Below, one piece after another: positions 1 to 12,156 of a stretch of DNA of 64,000 nucleotides (within the stretch, counting starts at the first letter, position 1; the number at the start of each line of letters is the position of its first letter). Position numbers and translations under genes: made by a program. Source of the DNA: Octopus sinensis (Eukaryota). The notes beneath the pieces were generated by a model. That model had not been told where the DNA came from, did no database searches, and saw only the letters and a program-made list of their open reading frames with translations. The stretch spans positions 171,368,001-171,432,000 of the forward strand of contig NC_042999.1 in the NCBI RefSeq assembly GCF_006345805.1, read 5' to 3'.

Positions 1-562
1 CAATTTCTACAAACAAATGTTGACAAAAAACACAAACGAAAACAAACTGAAAACAATTAAGTTTAGAGCATTTCCTATTTAGTACAAATATAATGGATTT
101 GGTGAAATCTAATTGGTGGAAAAAAATCCATTAAAACCGCCATTGATACCATACATTTATTTCCCTTCTTCGGTAAATTCTGGTTTCGTACACTCGAGTT
201 ATGTAAAATATACATGCAGAATACAAAAAGACTAAGATTTGTTATATAGACATTTGCAGATCGTGTCAACACGGTAATTTTAATACAAAATTGAAATGTG
301 TTTCAAATATGTGACTGCGTCTTTAAGTTAATTTACCAAACTTAATATCTTCACAAATAAATAATTTCTTCTCGAACTATACACTACATATTATTTGATC
401 GTTCCTAGACAAGTTCCTTTGGTTTCCTAGAAAGCAGTTACACCTGACAATAAATAGGGTAATAATAAAGTTTGCATTACGTAATTGCATGTAGGGTACT
501 ATTTTACTCTCGGTTTAAGCACTATTATTTTCCAAGAATATTTTTATAATATTTGAATGGTT

Positions 563-659
563 CATCATCATCATCATCATCATCACCATCACCACCACCA
601 CCACCACCACCACCACCACCACCACCACCGCCACCGCCTCCGCCGCCACCACCACAAGT

Positions 660-697
<38 letters not shown>

Positions 698-702
698 TAT
701 AA

Positions 703-746
<44 letters not shown>

Positions 747-810
747 AATAATGATAATAGTTATTATTATTATTATTATTAAATATTATTATCATTATTA
801 TTATTATTAC

Positions 811-857
<47 letters not shown>

Positions 858-872
858 TATTATTCTCTTATT
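563..872. repeat. Compound trinucleotide microsatellite (CAT)n-(CAC)n-(CAT)n-(TAT)n
   Basis: Directly visible; explains the poly-His/Met/Tyr ORFs at 515-745. Confidence 0.97.
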
Positions 873-875
873 ATA

Positions 876-1150
876 TTGAACCTCACAGCTTATTTTGCTG
901 GGTATGATGGAAAGTGTCAGCTCTCCGCAGTCAGCAGTCTAAGGCGACACTTATTTACTGGTCATGCCTTAACAACTCTTCGAAGAATTCTTAGAGTTTC
1001 AAGCAATGCTGGTTTTTGTAGGTGTTCTACCTTCACACATGCACCAGTCTTTTCAGCCATGCTTATACTTCGAAGTGCACCAGTTACTATTGGCATCACG
1101 TCTACACTCCTCATTCTCCACTACCTTCGTACTTCCCACTTCAAACCGTT
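876..1150 (-). mobile_element. 3' end of an R4/Dong-type non-LTR retrotransposon (RLE C-terminus and 3' UTR)
   Basis: Minus strand reads GLKWEVRR*WRMRSVDVMPIVTGAL...VEHLQKPALLETLRILRRVV, matching the C-terminus of R4/Dong ORFs; the 3' UTR runs into (TAA)n on the same strand. Confidence 0.8.
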
Positions 1151-1168
1151 ATAGTTGTTAATTTTTCT

Positions 1169-1210
1169 TTATTATTATTATTATTGTTATTATTGTTATT
1201 ATTATTATTA

Positions 1211-1242
<32 letters not shown>

Positions 1243-1349
1243 TATTATTATTATTAATATCATTATTATTGTTGTTGTTGTTGTTGTTGTTATTAGTATT
1301 GGTAGTAGTAGTAGTAGTAGTGGTGGTGGTGGTAGTAGTAGTAGTAGTA

Positions 1350-1388
<39 letters not shown>

Positions 1389-1398
1389 AAGTAGTAGT
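1169..1398. repeat. Compound microsatellite (TAT)n-(GTT)n-(AGT)n with GGT units
   Basis: Directly visible. Confidence 0.97.
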
Positions 1399-1409
1399 CA
1401 TGGTGGCTG

Positions 1410-3000
1410 CAGCACCAGAATTTTCCTTTGATCTACATATTTGATGCAATTAATTGCTGGCTTACACCCAGCGACCTAGATTGAGTAAAGGTTAAAAGAT
1501 GTTAAAATATAACTGAAAGCTTGGGGAGGGAGCGTTAGGAGGGTAGTATAGAAATGCATTCATATAATACAACACAAAAATTTTAATTAATAGGATTTAC
1601 CAAGGTTGTGGCCAATACTTACCAGCACAATGTTTTGGGTTTCTGTGAGATATGGCTTTCCTGGGGTGTTTTTAATTGTTTCTGACATCCCCCTTTTCAT
1701 CATACCTAATCCACCCACAATTATAGAAAAAGTGTTTGGTTTAGGATATCTCCTGTTTTGCATCTTTTGCATTTTTCAGGCCCATGTATTTAGTGATTTG
1801 TCAAATTCCTCTAGAGACATATTTTATCAGTGGAGAGACCTCTAGACACATATTTTATCAGTGGGAACACTTACATCTATCAGTCTATAAGCATTTTCGC
1901 CTTTTCTTTAATAATTATGTCTTGTCGATTAGTATGGTTGGTTCTGCTTGTGTTGACTGGTAAATACCAGAGGATGGTACATTTTTACCTTCGACGACTA
2001 GTTCAGGATGCTGTTCAGACCAGTTAGCAGGAGTTTTGATTTGGTAGAGCTTACATTTTTCTAATGCAAGTAGTGCCCTGACGTATCGTGGAAATTTTTT
2101 TATGCATTTCGTGTTAGCAAAGGGCGGTCCAAAACCAAATGGCGTATTTTTTTTTCAAATGTGCTGCATTTTGGGTTAGCACATTTTTAAAGAATATACA
2201 CCAGGTAGTTTCTGCCAAACAATCTTAGATCTTTTACTGCCCGTATGAAGCCTTGAGTCTCTGCTTTCAATTCTGAAGTCCTAGGACTCTGATTGGTTGT
2301 TTCCTGGTCTACAACAGCATTTTGACATCGAAGAATATATTGTCAATGCACGGAATCCCGGTTCTATTTGCCCCTGTTCAATCGTTTGGAAATCTGCCTG
2401 ATTTGTTTTGCTTGCTTGGTTGCAGTAGAATCATTTTTTCCTCGAACTCAGCTCTCTTGACAATAGAATGCAACTTTTGTCTTCTTTGATGATCGCTCAC
2501 AACCCTCTGTACAAGTTTAGTACCTTTTCTTTTGTATAATGATGTTTTAATACCATATTTCTAATTGCGTCATTCATCCACTGCTTCTAGTTGGGTACTG
2601 TCAGTGAACATCTGCCTTAGAGTGGTGTACGTAATTATATGTCAATAATTTTCTTGTTTTCCTTTAGAGTTTCACGGGATTCTAGCTAACGATATTAAGA
2701 CTGAATGGAAAGAATGGATTTGCCAGGCTGTTAATGGCGTCTGTATGATTTGTTAAGTTCAGACTTCAGTACAAGTGTTATTCTCCTAAAGTACTCCTCT
2801 CATATTTTTTCCTTTTTAATGGCATGGCTTCTACTATCTCCTGCGGTTATTCCCAGTTATTTATATGTTTCTGGTGGGTTAAGTTCTTGATGGCAGCGTC
2901 GATATCTAATTTAATATACGTTGCTTGTTTTAGCTTGCCTCTTAGAAGCGGTGCTTTAACACACTTATCGAAGGCAAAATCAATCCATGTATCTTGTGTA
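1410..3000 (-). mobile_element. Degenerate 5'-truncated R4/Dong-type LINE (late RT, thumb, RLE, 3' UTR)
   Basis: Minus-strand remnants across frameshifts: FAFDKCVKAPLLRGKL, ELNPPETYK*LG, ELKAETQGF, ILWYLPVNTSRT...RQDIII, DVSVPTDK, FSIIVGGLGMMKRG...LTETQNIVLVSIGHNL. Many stops and frameshifts. Confidence 0.85.
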
Positions 3001-5071
3001 ATTATATATTGTAGAAAATATGTTCTGCTTTAATCATTGTTCTACCGACAATAAGAACTGAAACGTGAAAGAAAAATATAAAAAGATTTCATGTTGTTAG
3101 TTTATATATTTATTTGAGAGATACGCAGAATTGGGGACCTCTATTTGTCTACAAAGTTACTTAGTATGATACGGTGTCTGAAACAGAAGCAACAGTGTAA
3201 ACTTGAAGTTGTTTAAATCTTAATATATTTATATTTGCTTTACGGCGACGCAGTGTGGGTGATTAGACCACTGGAGTAGAGAAATTAACGACTACAGAGG
3301 ATAGTAAGTGTATCTAAAAGATTCAGCGCATTTAAGCAAGTTTTTGACATGAAGCATATTTCGTAGAGATAGAACACAATTGGGTTGAAATAATTTGTAT
3401 GTATTTATGGTAATACAAGCTGTTCGGGATAGATTTGTCAGTTTGAAAACGGAAAATTAAACCCAAAACCCATCCAAAAGTGAAAGTGTTTTAAAAGATC
3501 AAATATTATCGACAAGATTATGGCTACTCAGGTTACTCAAAGCAGTCACTATCAGGTGTCATTACGGCCTCAAGACAGCTCCTGAACTTAGCACATTTAG
3601 AGATGATTTCCGGTGCGCAGATGCAGTTAGAACGTCTACTGAATTCCTTTCTGCTAGCCCCTGTTTTCTAGCCTCATTTTGAGCTATGTTACGGCTTATA
3701 ACATTTACAGTGCTTACAGAGCATTGGACTGTAGTAGTAATGCCAGCATATTGATAATCGGCGCGAATGATCACGATGTAGGTAACACTTTTCCAATATT
3801 CAGTTAATTTTCAGTCCTCCAGTTCAGCTAACCTTTTCTCAGCTACAACTTATGCCCTTCCGTCGTTAGCCGTTCACCAATACATCAGGATATTCCTGAA
3901 ACAAGGAGACATACAGTCTTATATGTGTAACATCCTCTGGTACTGCATAAAATGTTGCAAGACAGAAAAGACAACCCCTTTCGAAATTGAAACCGATGTT
4001 CAGCAAGGTTAAGAAGCATACATTTTCAAAGGGTTTAGCCTAATTTTAATAATTGATCCGGAGCCGAAAACTATTGCATTTTTTGCATTTTGGGGATTTT
4101 GTAAATAAATTTCATAGAAATATATGATCATCGAAAAATTCAATATATTACTTATATGTCCCACAGCTACGTTCAAATATTTCTGTTCTACAGTCAAATA
4201 TTTCTCTTCATCCAGCTCTTTTTTGTTCCTAGCTACACATCCATTTCCACATCAACACCATCTTTCCCAGCATATTTTTTTTCGCCAAAGCACTCATGCA
4301 AAAACTATAGTGTGTAGTACAAAGTTATATTACGGGTCCTTACGCAAGTTTAGTGGAACAGAAAAACGCTTAATATCATAATACTTCCTTAACTGCAAGT
4401 ATTAATGAGTGTCACTGTCATATTTAACATAGCTGTATTCAAAATGTTTACGCTTTAACAATGAATAATCTAGGTGATATTTCTTCATTTTGCGCCTGCC
4501 CGGAATCTTTAGATCTTCACAACCTTTGTCTTTCTACGACATACTATTCGGCTTATCTTTGCTCTTCACTGCTTTATTACTGACTGCCACAACCATTCTT
4601 TGCATTACTGGGGGAAAATAATTCTTCCTTCATAATAACTAAGGTACAATATGTAAAGTACATACACACACACACAAAAATAAAAGAAAAGCACCAAACA
4701 GAGTGCGTTATTTTCTCCATTTTCTCCATTTACAGTTGCAAAAACATTTATATAATTTTATTTTACGTCAAAGCGAGAAAATCATAGCGTACATACTGAT
4801 TACCTAATTGTTTGGACTGGTTTCTCTACGAAACTCTCTTCCACTTTGTTACTTCTCCCTCTAGATCCGTCATTCTTTCTACAATATTTACTCTCTTTCG
4901 ACTCATTGCTTTTAAAGTTATATAATTTAATATGTTTAAATCAATATTCATGAGCTGCTTCGTAAAGGTATCTTCGGAATAAGAATTGATTAGATTCGAG
5001 TGTATTACAAATAAGAATGAATCAGTTCATTCAATGATTATCACACCTTCTAGTGGAATATAACAGGGCTA

Positions 5072-5245
5072 AACAGATATGGACACACGCAAACACACAC
5101 GCACGCACAGTCATGCAGAGGCATGCAGAGCTACACACACACACACACACACATATACAAACACATACAAACACACACTTACACACACGCACACACAAGT
5201 ATACATACATGAACATATATACACACATGTACACTCACATACCGA
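5072..5245. repeat. (CA)n/(CATA)-rich low-complexity tract
   Basis: Directly visible; source of the HT/CV-repeat ORFs. Confidence 0.9.
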
Positions 5246-5611
5246 GACACGCATATATGGTCCGGCGCTGCGAAACAGGGTTGGCGGGACTGCGTTAACA
5301 CCCTTATATCGCCTTTCGTCCTGTAGGTATTCAACGGAGTCTTGGTATAACTATTCAAAGCAGGAGAAATTTGAAGTCTGAAGCAGGAAATGTTTTTAGA
5401 TACGGGCGGTGGCAGAAAACTTCTTTCTTAGTGTTTAAAATATCCCCGGGTCGGACAAGCTTTTTAGGATTCCTGCCCTAGGCAGGATGCTCATGTAGAG
5501 TATACAATGACTGCCCAGCGGGTTCGATCCGAAGCCGAGGGGCTCGTGTATGAGACTGATGTCGTAGTCGCCACTGGTAGCCAAAGTAACAGCCTAAGCA
5601 GCAACGGCAGT

Positions 5612-5975
5612 GGAGGAGCAATGGCCCAGTGGTTAGGGCAGCGGACTCGCGGTCGGAAAATCGCTGTTTCGATTCCCAGACCGGGCGTTGTGTGTGTTTA
5701 TTGAGCGAAAACACCTAAAGCTCCACGAGGCTCCGGCAGGGGGTGGTCCCGACCCATGTTGTACTCTTTCTCCCCAACTTTCTCTCACTCTTTCTTCCTG
5801 TTTCTTGACCCCGACTTCTTACGCAACCGCTGAGACTGGATACGCATTCATCCATCCGTCAATGCTCTCGGTGTCGGGAGTTGACCTGCTTTCTCTTCTG
5901 CGGGTCTTACGAATAGCAAAGGACCACGTTTCGGACTTCTCCCATCCTGCGAGCTCTGGGACGAAGACCATTCGC
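5612..5975 (+). mobile_element. tRNA-derived SINE with a (CAA/CAG)-rich tail
   Basis: Pol III A box TGGCCCAGTGG (5622-5632) and B-box-like GTTTCGATTCC (from 5666), followed by a non-tRNA body and a CAA/CAG tail. Confidence 0.8.
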
Positions 5976-6699
5976 TCAACAGCAACAGCAGCAACAGCAA
6001 CAGCAAGAGCAGCACGGCAAATCCGCCGACAACAACGACGACAATGATAGAAACCAGAGCAACAGCACAAGCGGCAACGATGCACCTACTGACAACAGTA
6101 ACAACCACAATGTTAGCCGCGACGGTGATGGTGGGCAGGTAGCCTGAATTAACTAGGATTTCTCTTTTTAGTATGATAATGTAGGATATGCCTGCATGTA
6201 CATGTATATTTTTGTATACATTTGTAAATTTAGTAGAACAAAAGAAAGAAAGATACTTAACATGATGGATGAGTATTGAATTGAATTGAACCAGTTTCAG
6301 CTCACGAGTTGTGGTCGTTTAAATTCTTTACAAAACGGAAACAACCAGAGAAAATTTTTCATATTTTATCCACTTTCCTGTATAAGCCTGAAAGCTGAAT
6401 CATTCTTCAAATCATGTGCGTCTTTAGAATCCTAGATATTAAACCGCAAGTATATTTCGAAGTAGATGTACTTTATTATGTGTTTGGAGGCTCATATGTA
6501 ATACTTAGTGGTCAGCTAAAAGGTCATATATGAAGTGGCATCGTCCTTTTAGCGGTCGAATCATTGCTTTGAAACACCACTCATTAATTTCTGAGGGTAA
6601 AAGTGTAAAACTTTCAAATTGTAAATTCTGCCTTTTATAGAAATTAATTTACTTCAGATTCTCGATGTTTTCATTTTCCTTTGCTGCGTCAACTGTGCG

Positions 6700-6701
<2 letters not shown>

Positions 6702-6745
<44 letters not shown>

Positions 6746-6765
6746 AATACAAACACACACACACC
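6702..6765. repeat. (CA)n microsatellite
   Basis: Directly visible. Confidence 0.95.
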
Positions 6766-7529
6766 TGCGGGCGCACGCACGCACACATGGCCCCAACTCA
6801 TACACAGACTTATGCGCATAAATGTATACTCACACAAAGAAGGGTAAAGTGTGAGATGGAGAAATTGCACATTGAGTAGCTAAATATATAAAAATACGTT
6901 GAAACTTTGTTGTGTTATAACCCCCACCCCATCGTTGGTAATTTGTTATATTTTTAATCTTCTTCATTCACACATTAAAGTATTAGTTATGAGCCTAACG
7001 GTTTGACATATTCTTTCGTTGTTTGCCTAATATCAACATTATTACCATGTGCGTCAACGTTATTTTCAGAAATTGCGTCCGTTTATTGAAAGTTTAAATG
7101 TAAATAGGTTGTATTGCTATATAGACATCTGAACTTGACACCTAGTATAATGGAGGTTTTCTACGAAAGTAGAAATATCTTGCAGAGTAATAAAAGTTCA
7201 CTATTCTATTGTGTGATTTTGTGTGTCTTTTAAAAATATCTATTTGAAGACTTCAGAAAATATTTGCATTTCTTTGGTTAACTCTTTGCTGTGTCCACTC
7301 GATTAAACATTCTCACCTTTTGCACGTCTGTATGTATATATAGTCTACTGACTAAAATCTGTGTAAATTACTGTAACAAAGATAAATCAGAACAAAAAAT
7401 TGTTAGTATCTCAGAATAAGTTAATAAAATCGATAGATATATTGAGTCATTATATGACCCACGTTGACTGATTCGAATTTTCTGGCACGAAATTTTGCTT
7501 TTTATCCGAGAAGTTTTTTTTCTAGATTC

Positions 7530-8032
7530 TGTGTGTGCTGCCGATGTTATTTTTGCTGATCTTGAAGCTGCTGCTACCGCCGTTGCTGGTGCTGAAGATT
7601 TTGGTGTTTGCCTTGGCGTTGTTAAAACTGGCGTTGGTGTTCGTGCTGGCGCCGATGTAGTTAATGCTACATTTTTAAGATTCTAACCCCCAATACAATG
7701 GAGATAAAATATTACCTAAAATATCTCAGGTATCTTGAAATGAAGTACTTATTTTCAATGGCTTCAATGGCTTTTTTTTCGAAATTCTGTAGATGTTAAA
7801 AGAAACAAATAATCTATATTTCATGAAATATATATGTAATAATAAAATGGTCTTATTTAAAACCATATGAATATATATGATGCCCCCTACGACAGCATTA
7901 ATTACATCGGCGCCAGCACGAACACCAACGCCAGTTTTAACAACACCAAGGCAAACACCAAAATCTTCAGCACCAGCAACGGCGGTAGCAGCAGCTTCAA
8001 GATCAGCAAAAATAACATCGGCAGCACACACA
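7530..8032. repeat. Near-perfect inverted repeat: 139-bp arms (7530-7668 and 7894-8032), 225-bp AT-rich spacer
   Basis: Manual reverse-complement comparison gives 137/139 identity; the ORF track shows the same peptide on both strands. Confidence 0.95.
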
Positions 8033-8480
8033 CATGAAAATACATCGGATATTCTGGAAACACATTCAAGCAGCGCCTCTCCAATCCCAGATCCTTTATC
8101 AGGATACTGGAGAGAAGATACGCTGCGTCCTTAGCCAGCCGTGTATGGCGGCTAAAAGACGAAGGAACTCCAGACGTAATATCAGTGAAGATTCTAGAAA
8201 TCCAGGACCCTGTGGATGCATTATAACTGTGGATGCAAGCATATAACAAATGATGCAAGCATTATAATTGGAGATAGTCGAAAGGACGAGGATATTAAAA
8301 TACTTGTTCGACCCAAGGAACAACCTTAACTCCAGGATGGAATATTTCGAACCCTGCTTGTAATTCAGGAAATTCCTACTGGTGTCCTGGGATACATCAC
8401 GCAATAGGTAAATTACGGATAGGAGTCAAAGGAGAGAACCCCTTGTTGACATATAGTAATAAGGTCTTTTCCTCCTAAAT
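7894..8480 (+). mobile_element. Possible decayed LINE ORF1-like remnant
   Basis: T/A/P/S-rich N-terminal stretch followed by GC-richer broken frames (IGKLRIGVKGENPL); the layout resembles the Tx1 ORF1 at 34 kb. No intact diagnostic motif. Confidence 0.3.
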
Positions 8481-9357
8481 TTCCTAGAGAAGCCATTTGC
8501 TAGAGAGGTCATACGTCAATGGGTTTAGGGTCTGAAGCCAAGCGACTTATCAACGTAAAAACCAGGGTAATCTCATAAACCGGGCATATCTATTTTTATC
8601 TATATACTCTATTGCTCTAAAACTTAGATCGTGCTTCTAGAATGGATTTATGATACTCACAGTGATAAAGAATACAAGGACTATTAAAAACGCATTATCT
8701 TGAAAGAGCCGTTGCGGCTTTCTACTTCACCAAGTTTCCGAATTTGTTATAATAACCAGAATAATATTTTTTCAGATATATTTGCGAGTATTGTGAGTAG
8801 TTTTCAATCAGGCAAATCTTCATGTTGGTAGTACTTGAAAGTGAACATTGTTGTTTCTTTGAAGTTCAAGCTGCAAGATAACTTACAATATCCGCGCTTA
8901 TCACTGTTGCATACATAAACTAAGAGACATACACACGTACATTAACGCACACGTGAATCATATCTCTGTCTCTCTGTGTGTCTGTCTTTGTCTTTGGATG
9001 CGCGCGCTTGTGTGCGTGTGTGTGTGTGTGTCAATCGTCACAAAAATGAATGTATACTGGCACACACATACACCATCACATACATATACTTGTTAGTCAT
9101 CGGCCTAACGTCGGCAACGAACGTGCAAACAGACGCATAGAGAAAATATGACGTCATCGTCATTATGGTGGTAATATAAAATGTCGATAGATGACTAAAA
9201 GAAAAATTATGATGTTAAATTTTTGTAATGTAAATGTGTAAATGAAAATATAGTTTAGTCGGTAGACCAAATCATGCAACTCGGGTTTGGAATGCATAAG
9301 GAACATGCGCACACACACACAAACAAATACAAACACTCTTCTATATATATATATATA

Positions 9358-9480
9358 TGGATCCAGGTTCAGTCCCACTCTGTGGCACTTTGGGCACTAT
9401 AGCCACAGTGGCACTGTGGGACTGTGGCACTATAGTCTGGAGCCGATGGATTTTGTAGATGGAAACTGAAAAATGGTCGT

Positions 9481-9482
<2 letters not shown>
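9358..9482 (+). mobile_element. Partial, rearranged SINE head (same family as 10497-10910)
   Basis: GGTTCAGTCCCACT..GTGGCAC and GATGGAAACTGAAA are shared with the copy at 10497. Confidence 0.7.
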
Positions 9483-9555
<73 letters not shown>

Positions 9556-9561
<6 letters not shown>

Positions 9562-10125
9562 AATACAAAATGGGACAAGAAGGCAAAACATCCAGATAGA
9601 CGATACAAAGAAAACAAGGGCGGGTCATTCGGAGGCTTCTTACTTCAGTCGAGTTCCCGATTATCTTTGCAATTTCGGCTGATTATACGTACACCGCTAT
9701 ATATATATATTATAATACCAAATGGGACAAGAAGGCAAAACTTTCAGCTAGTTAGGTGATACAAGAAAGGGACACCAAAACATCCAGATGAATGACACAA
9801 AGGAAACAAGGACGAGTCATTCGAAGTTTTCTTTCCTCAGTCGAATTCCAGATTAACGTTGCAATTTCGGCTGGTTATATTCGGGATTGCTCCAATCCGG
9901 CAAGCCCCAAGGAAAAACTAAGCTAAGAGCATTAGATTCCTTCGAAGAAAGCAGCGAATGTATACGAAAACAAAGACGGAAAAAAAACGGAGAATGTTTT
10001 GCACAAATACAAATAACAGAACATAACAACAGGTGTCTTTCGACTAAGGACAAATTGTCTGAGTTTGTCCTCTCACCATGGCTTGACGACCAATGCTTTT
10101 GCGTTTACGTCTCCGTAAATTAGGC
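9556..10125. mobile_element. Two tandem copies (9556-9690 and 9712-10125) of a short interspersed repeat, probably derived from Penelope terminal repeats
   Basis: Both copies start AATAC(A/C)AAATGGGACAAGAAGGCAAAAC directly after a (TA)n run; a diverged third copy lies inverted at 28140-28620. The Penelope link is inferred from the hammerhead-like motif. Confidence 0.6.
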
Positions 10126-10139
10126 TTGCAAAAAATAAT

Positions 10140-10228
10140 CTTTGGGGTAGATTTGTTCAATTAAAGGTGGTGCCCCAGCATGGTGGCAGCCACAAGACTG
10201 AAACAAGTAAGAAAAAAATAAAAGAATA
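10140..10228 (+). mobile_element. SINE 3' tail fragment
   Basis: GGTG(C)CCCAGCATGG...GACTGAAACAAGTAA..AAAAGA matches the tail of the copy at 10497-10910. Confidence 0.7.
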
Positions 10229-10371
10229 CGTCGTGCTACTTTCTATTTCCGCCAACCAAATCCATTCAGAATCCACTACCAAATTTACTGCCGAAGGTGC
10301 CACACAATGACACTGAATTCAGAAGCATGTGAATGGGAAGGCAACTTCTTATGACACAGCCACACCTGTGC
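10229..10371 (-). mobile_element. Diverged SINE head (family of 10497-10910)
   Basis: Reverse complement GCACAGGTGTGGCTGTGTCATAAGAAG...TGTGGCACCTTCGGCA...GGATTTGG aligns to the head at 10497. Confidence 0.7.
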
Positions 10372-10496
10372 TAGCATACACACAGATATATATGTGTGTG
10401 TGTGTTTGTGCATATCTGTGTCCGCATGTGTGTGTATGTGTGTGTACATACTTATTTATATATATGCATATACATACATACGAACATATACATATA

Positions 10497-10659
10497 GGCG
10501 TAGGAGTGGCTATGTGGTAAGTAGCTTGCTTACGAACCACATGGGACCGGGTTCAGTCCTACTCCGTGGGACCTTCGGCAAGAGTCTTCTACTATAGCCT
10601 CGGGCCGACCAAAGCCTTGTGAGTGGATTTGGTAAACGGAAACTGAAAGAATCCCGTGG

Positions 10660-10705
<46 letters not shown>

Positions 10706-10910
10706 TGTGTCTGTATATGTTTGTGTGTCTGTATTTGTCCCCCCAGCATCGCTTGACAAACGATGCTGGTGTGTTTACGTTCCCGTAACTTAGAGGTTCG
10801 GCAAAATAGACCGATAGAATAAGTCCTTGGGTCGATTTGCTTGACTAAAGCAGTGCTCCATCATGGCCGCAGTAAAATGACTGAAACAAGTAAAAGAGTA
10901 AAAAAAGAGA
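10497..10910 (+). mobile_element. Near full-length tRNA-derived SINE with a CORE-like segment and an internal (TA)/(TG) microsatellite
   Basis: A-box-like TGGCTATGTGG, B-box-like GGTTCAGTCC, CORE-like CTTCGGCAAGAGTCTTCTACTATAGCCTCGG, and the tail GACTGAAACAAGTAAAAGAG. Confidence 0.85.
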
Positions 10911-10938
10911 ATATATATATATATATATATATGCATAT

Positions 10939-10972
<34 letters not shown>

Positions 10973-12121
10973 TATATATATATATATATATACAGAGAGG
11001 GAGAGGGACAGAGAGACAGCGACAGAGAGAAAGCTAACTTATATTTTGCCTCTATGACTTATAAAGACACCATATTCATGATGTTTGTTTTAACTATGTC
11101 ACCCAATATTATATATTTGTGCTACTTGAATGTCACCTTGAAATATTTACAAATCTTATCTGAAATGCCAGCGCATGACGATAAGGACAGCTTAATTTTT
11201 TTTAATGATGAACTTTAACCAAAACACCTTCAACCTATCAATTATCTACGCTGAGATCTAAGATGACACAAATATTTGACATCTCAACTGTATCTCGCTA
11301 ACAGACACATTTCAGGTAATATAATGTCTCACATATTACATCCTGCGTTGATTTTAAGTTTAAGTCGATATTTTTTTTCTTTGATGTGTGACCAGTTACA
11401 TTTAGGGATAATCATACTTCATTGAAATGATTTTAGTAGACTTATTAGTGCAGCATTTTCGCTCAATCCTGACATATAGAAACACGAATAAATGAGTTGC
11501 CCTTGCTTTCGTATGATGTTCAATACAATAATACAACTTAATTATCAATAAATGAATATTATATTTGCGATATATATGTTATTTGTGTGTGTATGAATGC
11601 GCGTGAGCGTATGTTTCTATGCTTTTGTGTATGTGTCTGAAATCAGGAAATATTCGATAAATAATAAGCTAATAGCGTAGTGAATTTCTTACGATTCTGG
11701 CGTATAATGGTAGGAACCAATATAACAAGCGTTGGAATTGCGCATTCTATATGCATGCACAAGTATGCTAAGGAATACCTGGTATATTACCTTTGTCAAA
11801 TTTTGACATAACTCTGTTTTTCCTCATTTGCAGTATTTATAAGTTTTCACTAAGTATAGAGTACTTATTTTTTAGGGAACAGAACATCGCGATGTAGCTT
11901 CCAATGTGCTTCGAGTAACTTTCAGTTTTCCATTGCCAGTGGATGAACATGGAAAATGTTATAAAGGAAATTGACTGACCCTGGTTTCTTGACAGGATAT
12001 GATGAAATACATAAGGAAGGCTATGGAAGTCTGAAGAATTAAGAGTTAAATATTAAATTATTTAAATGCAGTAGTTCAACTACTAATCGTATGCAACACA
12101 TGCTTGCATACACAGACACAG

Positions 12122-12156
<35 letters not shown>

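Noticed and set aside
515-1449. Homopolymeric ORFs (poly-His, Met, Tyr, Val, Leu) here and the IY/HT/CV-repeat ORFs across the window
   Set aside because: They are translations of microsatellites, which lack stops in some frames; there is no evidence of coding.
1809-1866. 31-bp tandem duplication CTCTAGA.ACATATTTTATCAGTGG
   Set aside because: Ordinary post-insertion slippage inside a dead Dong copy.
3562-3900. 70-aa minus-strand ORF with a good upstream acceptor
   Set aside because: In-frame stops lie between the acceptor and the ORF; no donor or homolog recognised.
5612-5690. tRNA-like sequence with A and B boxes (also at 10497 and 16666)
   Set aside because: No complete cloverleaf or acceptor stem; each continues into a SINE body.
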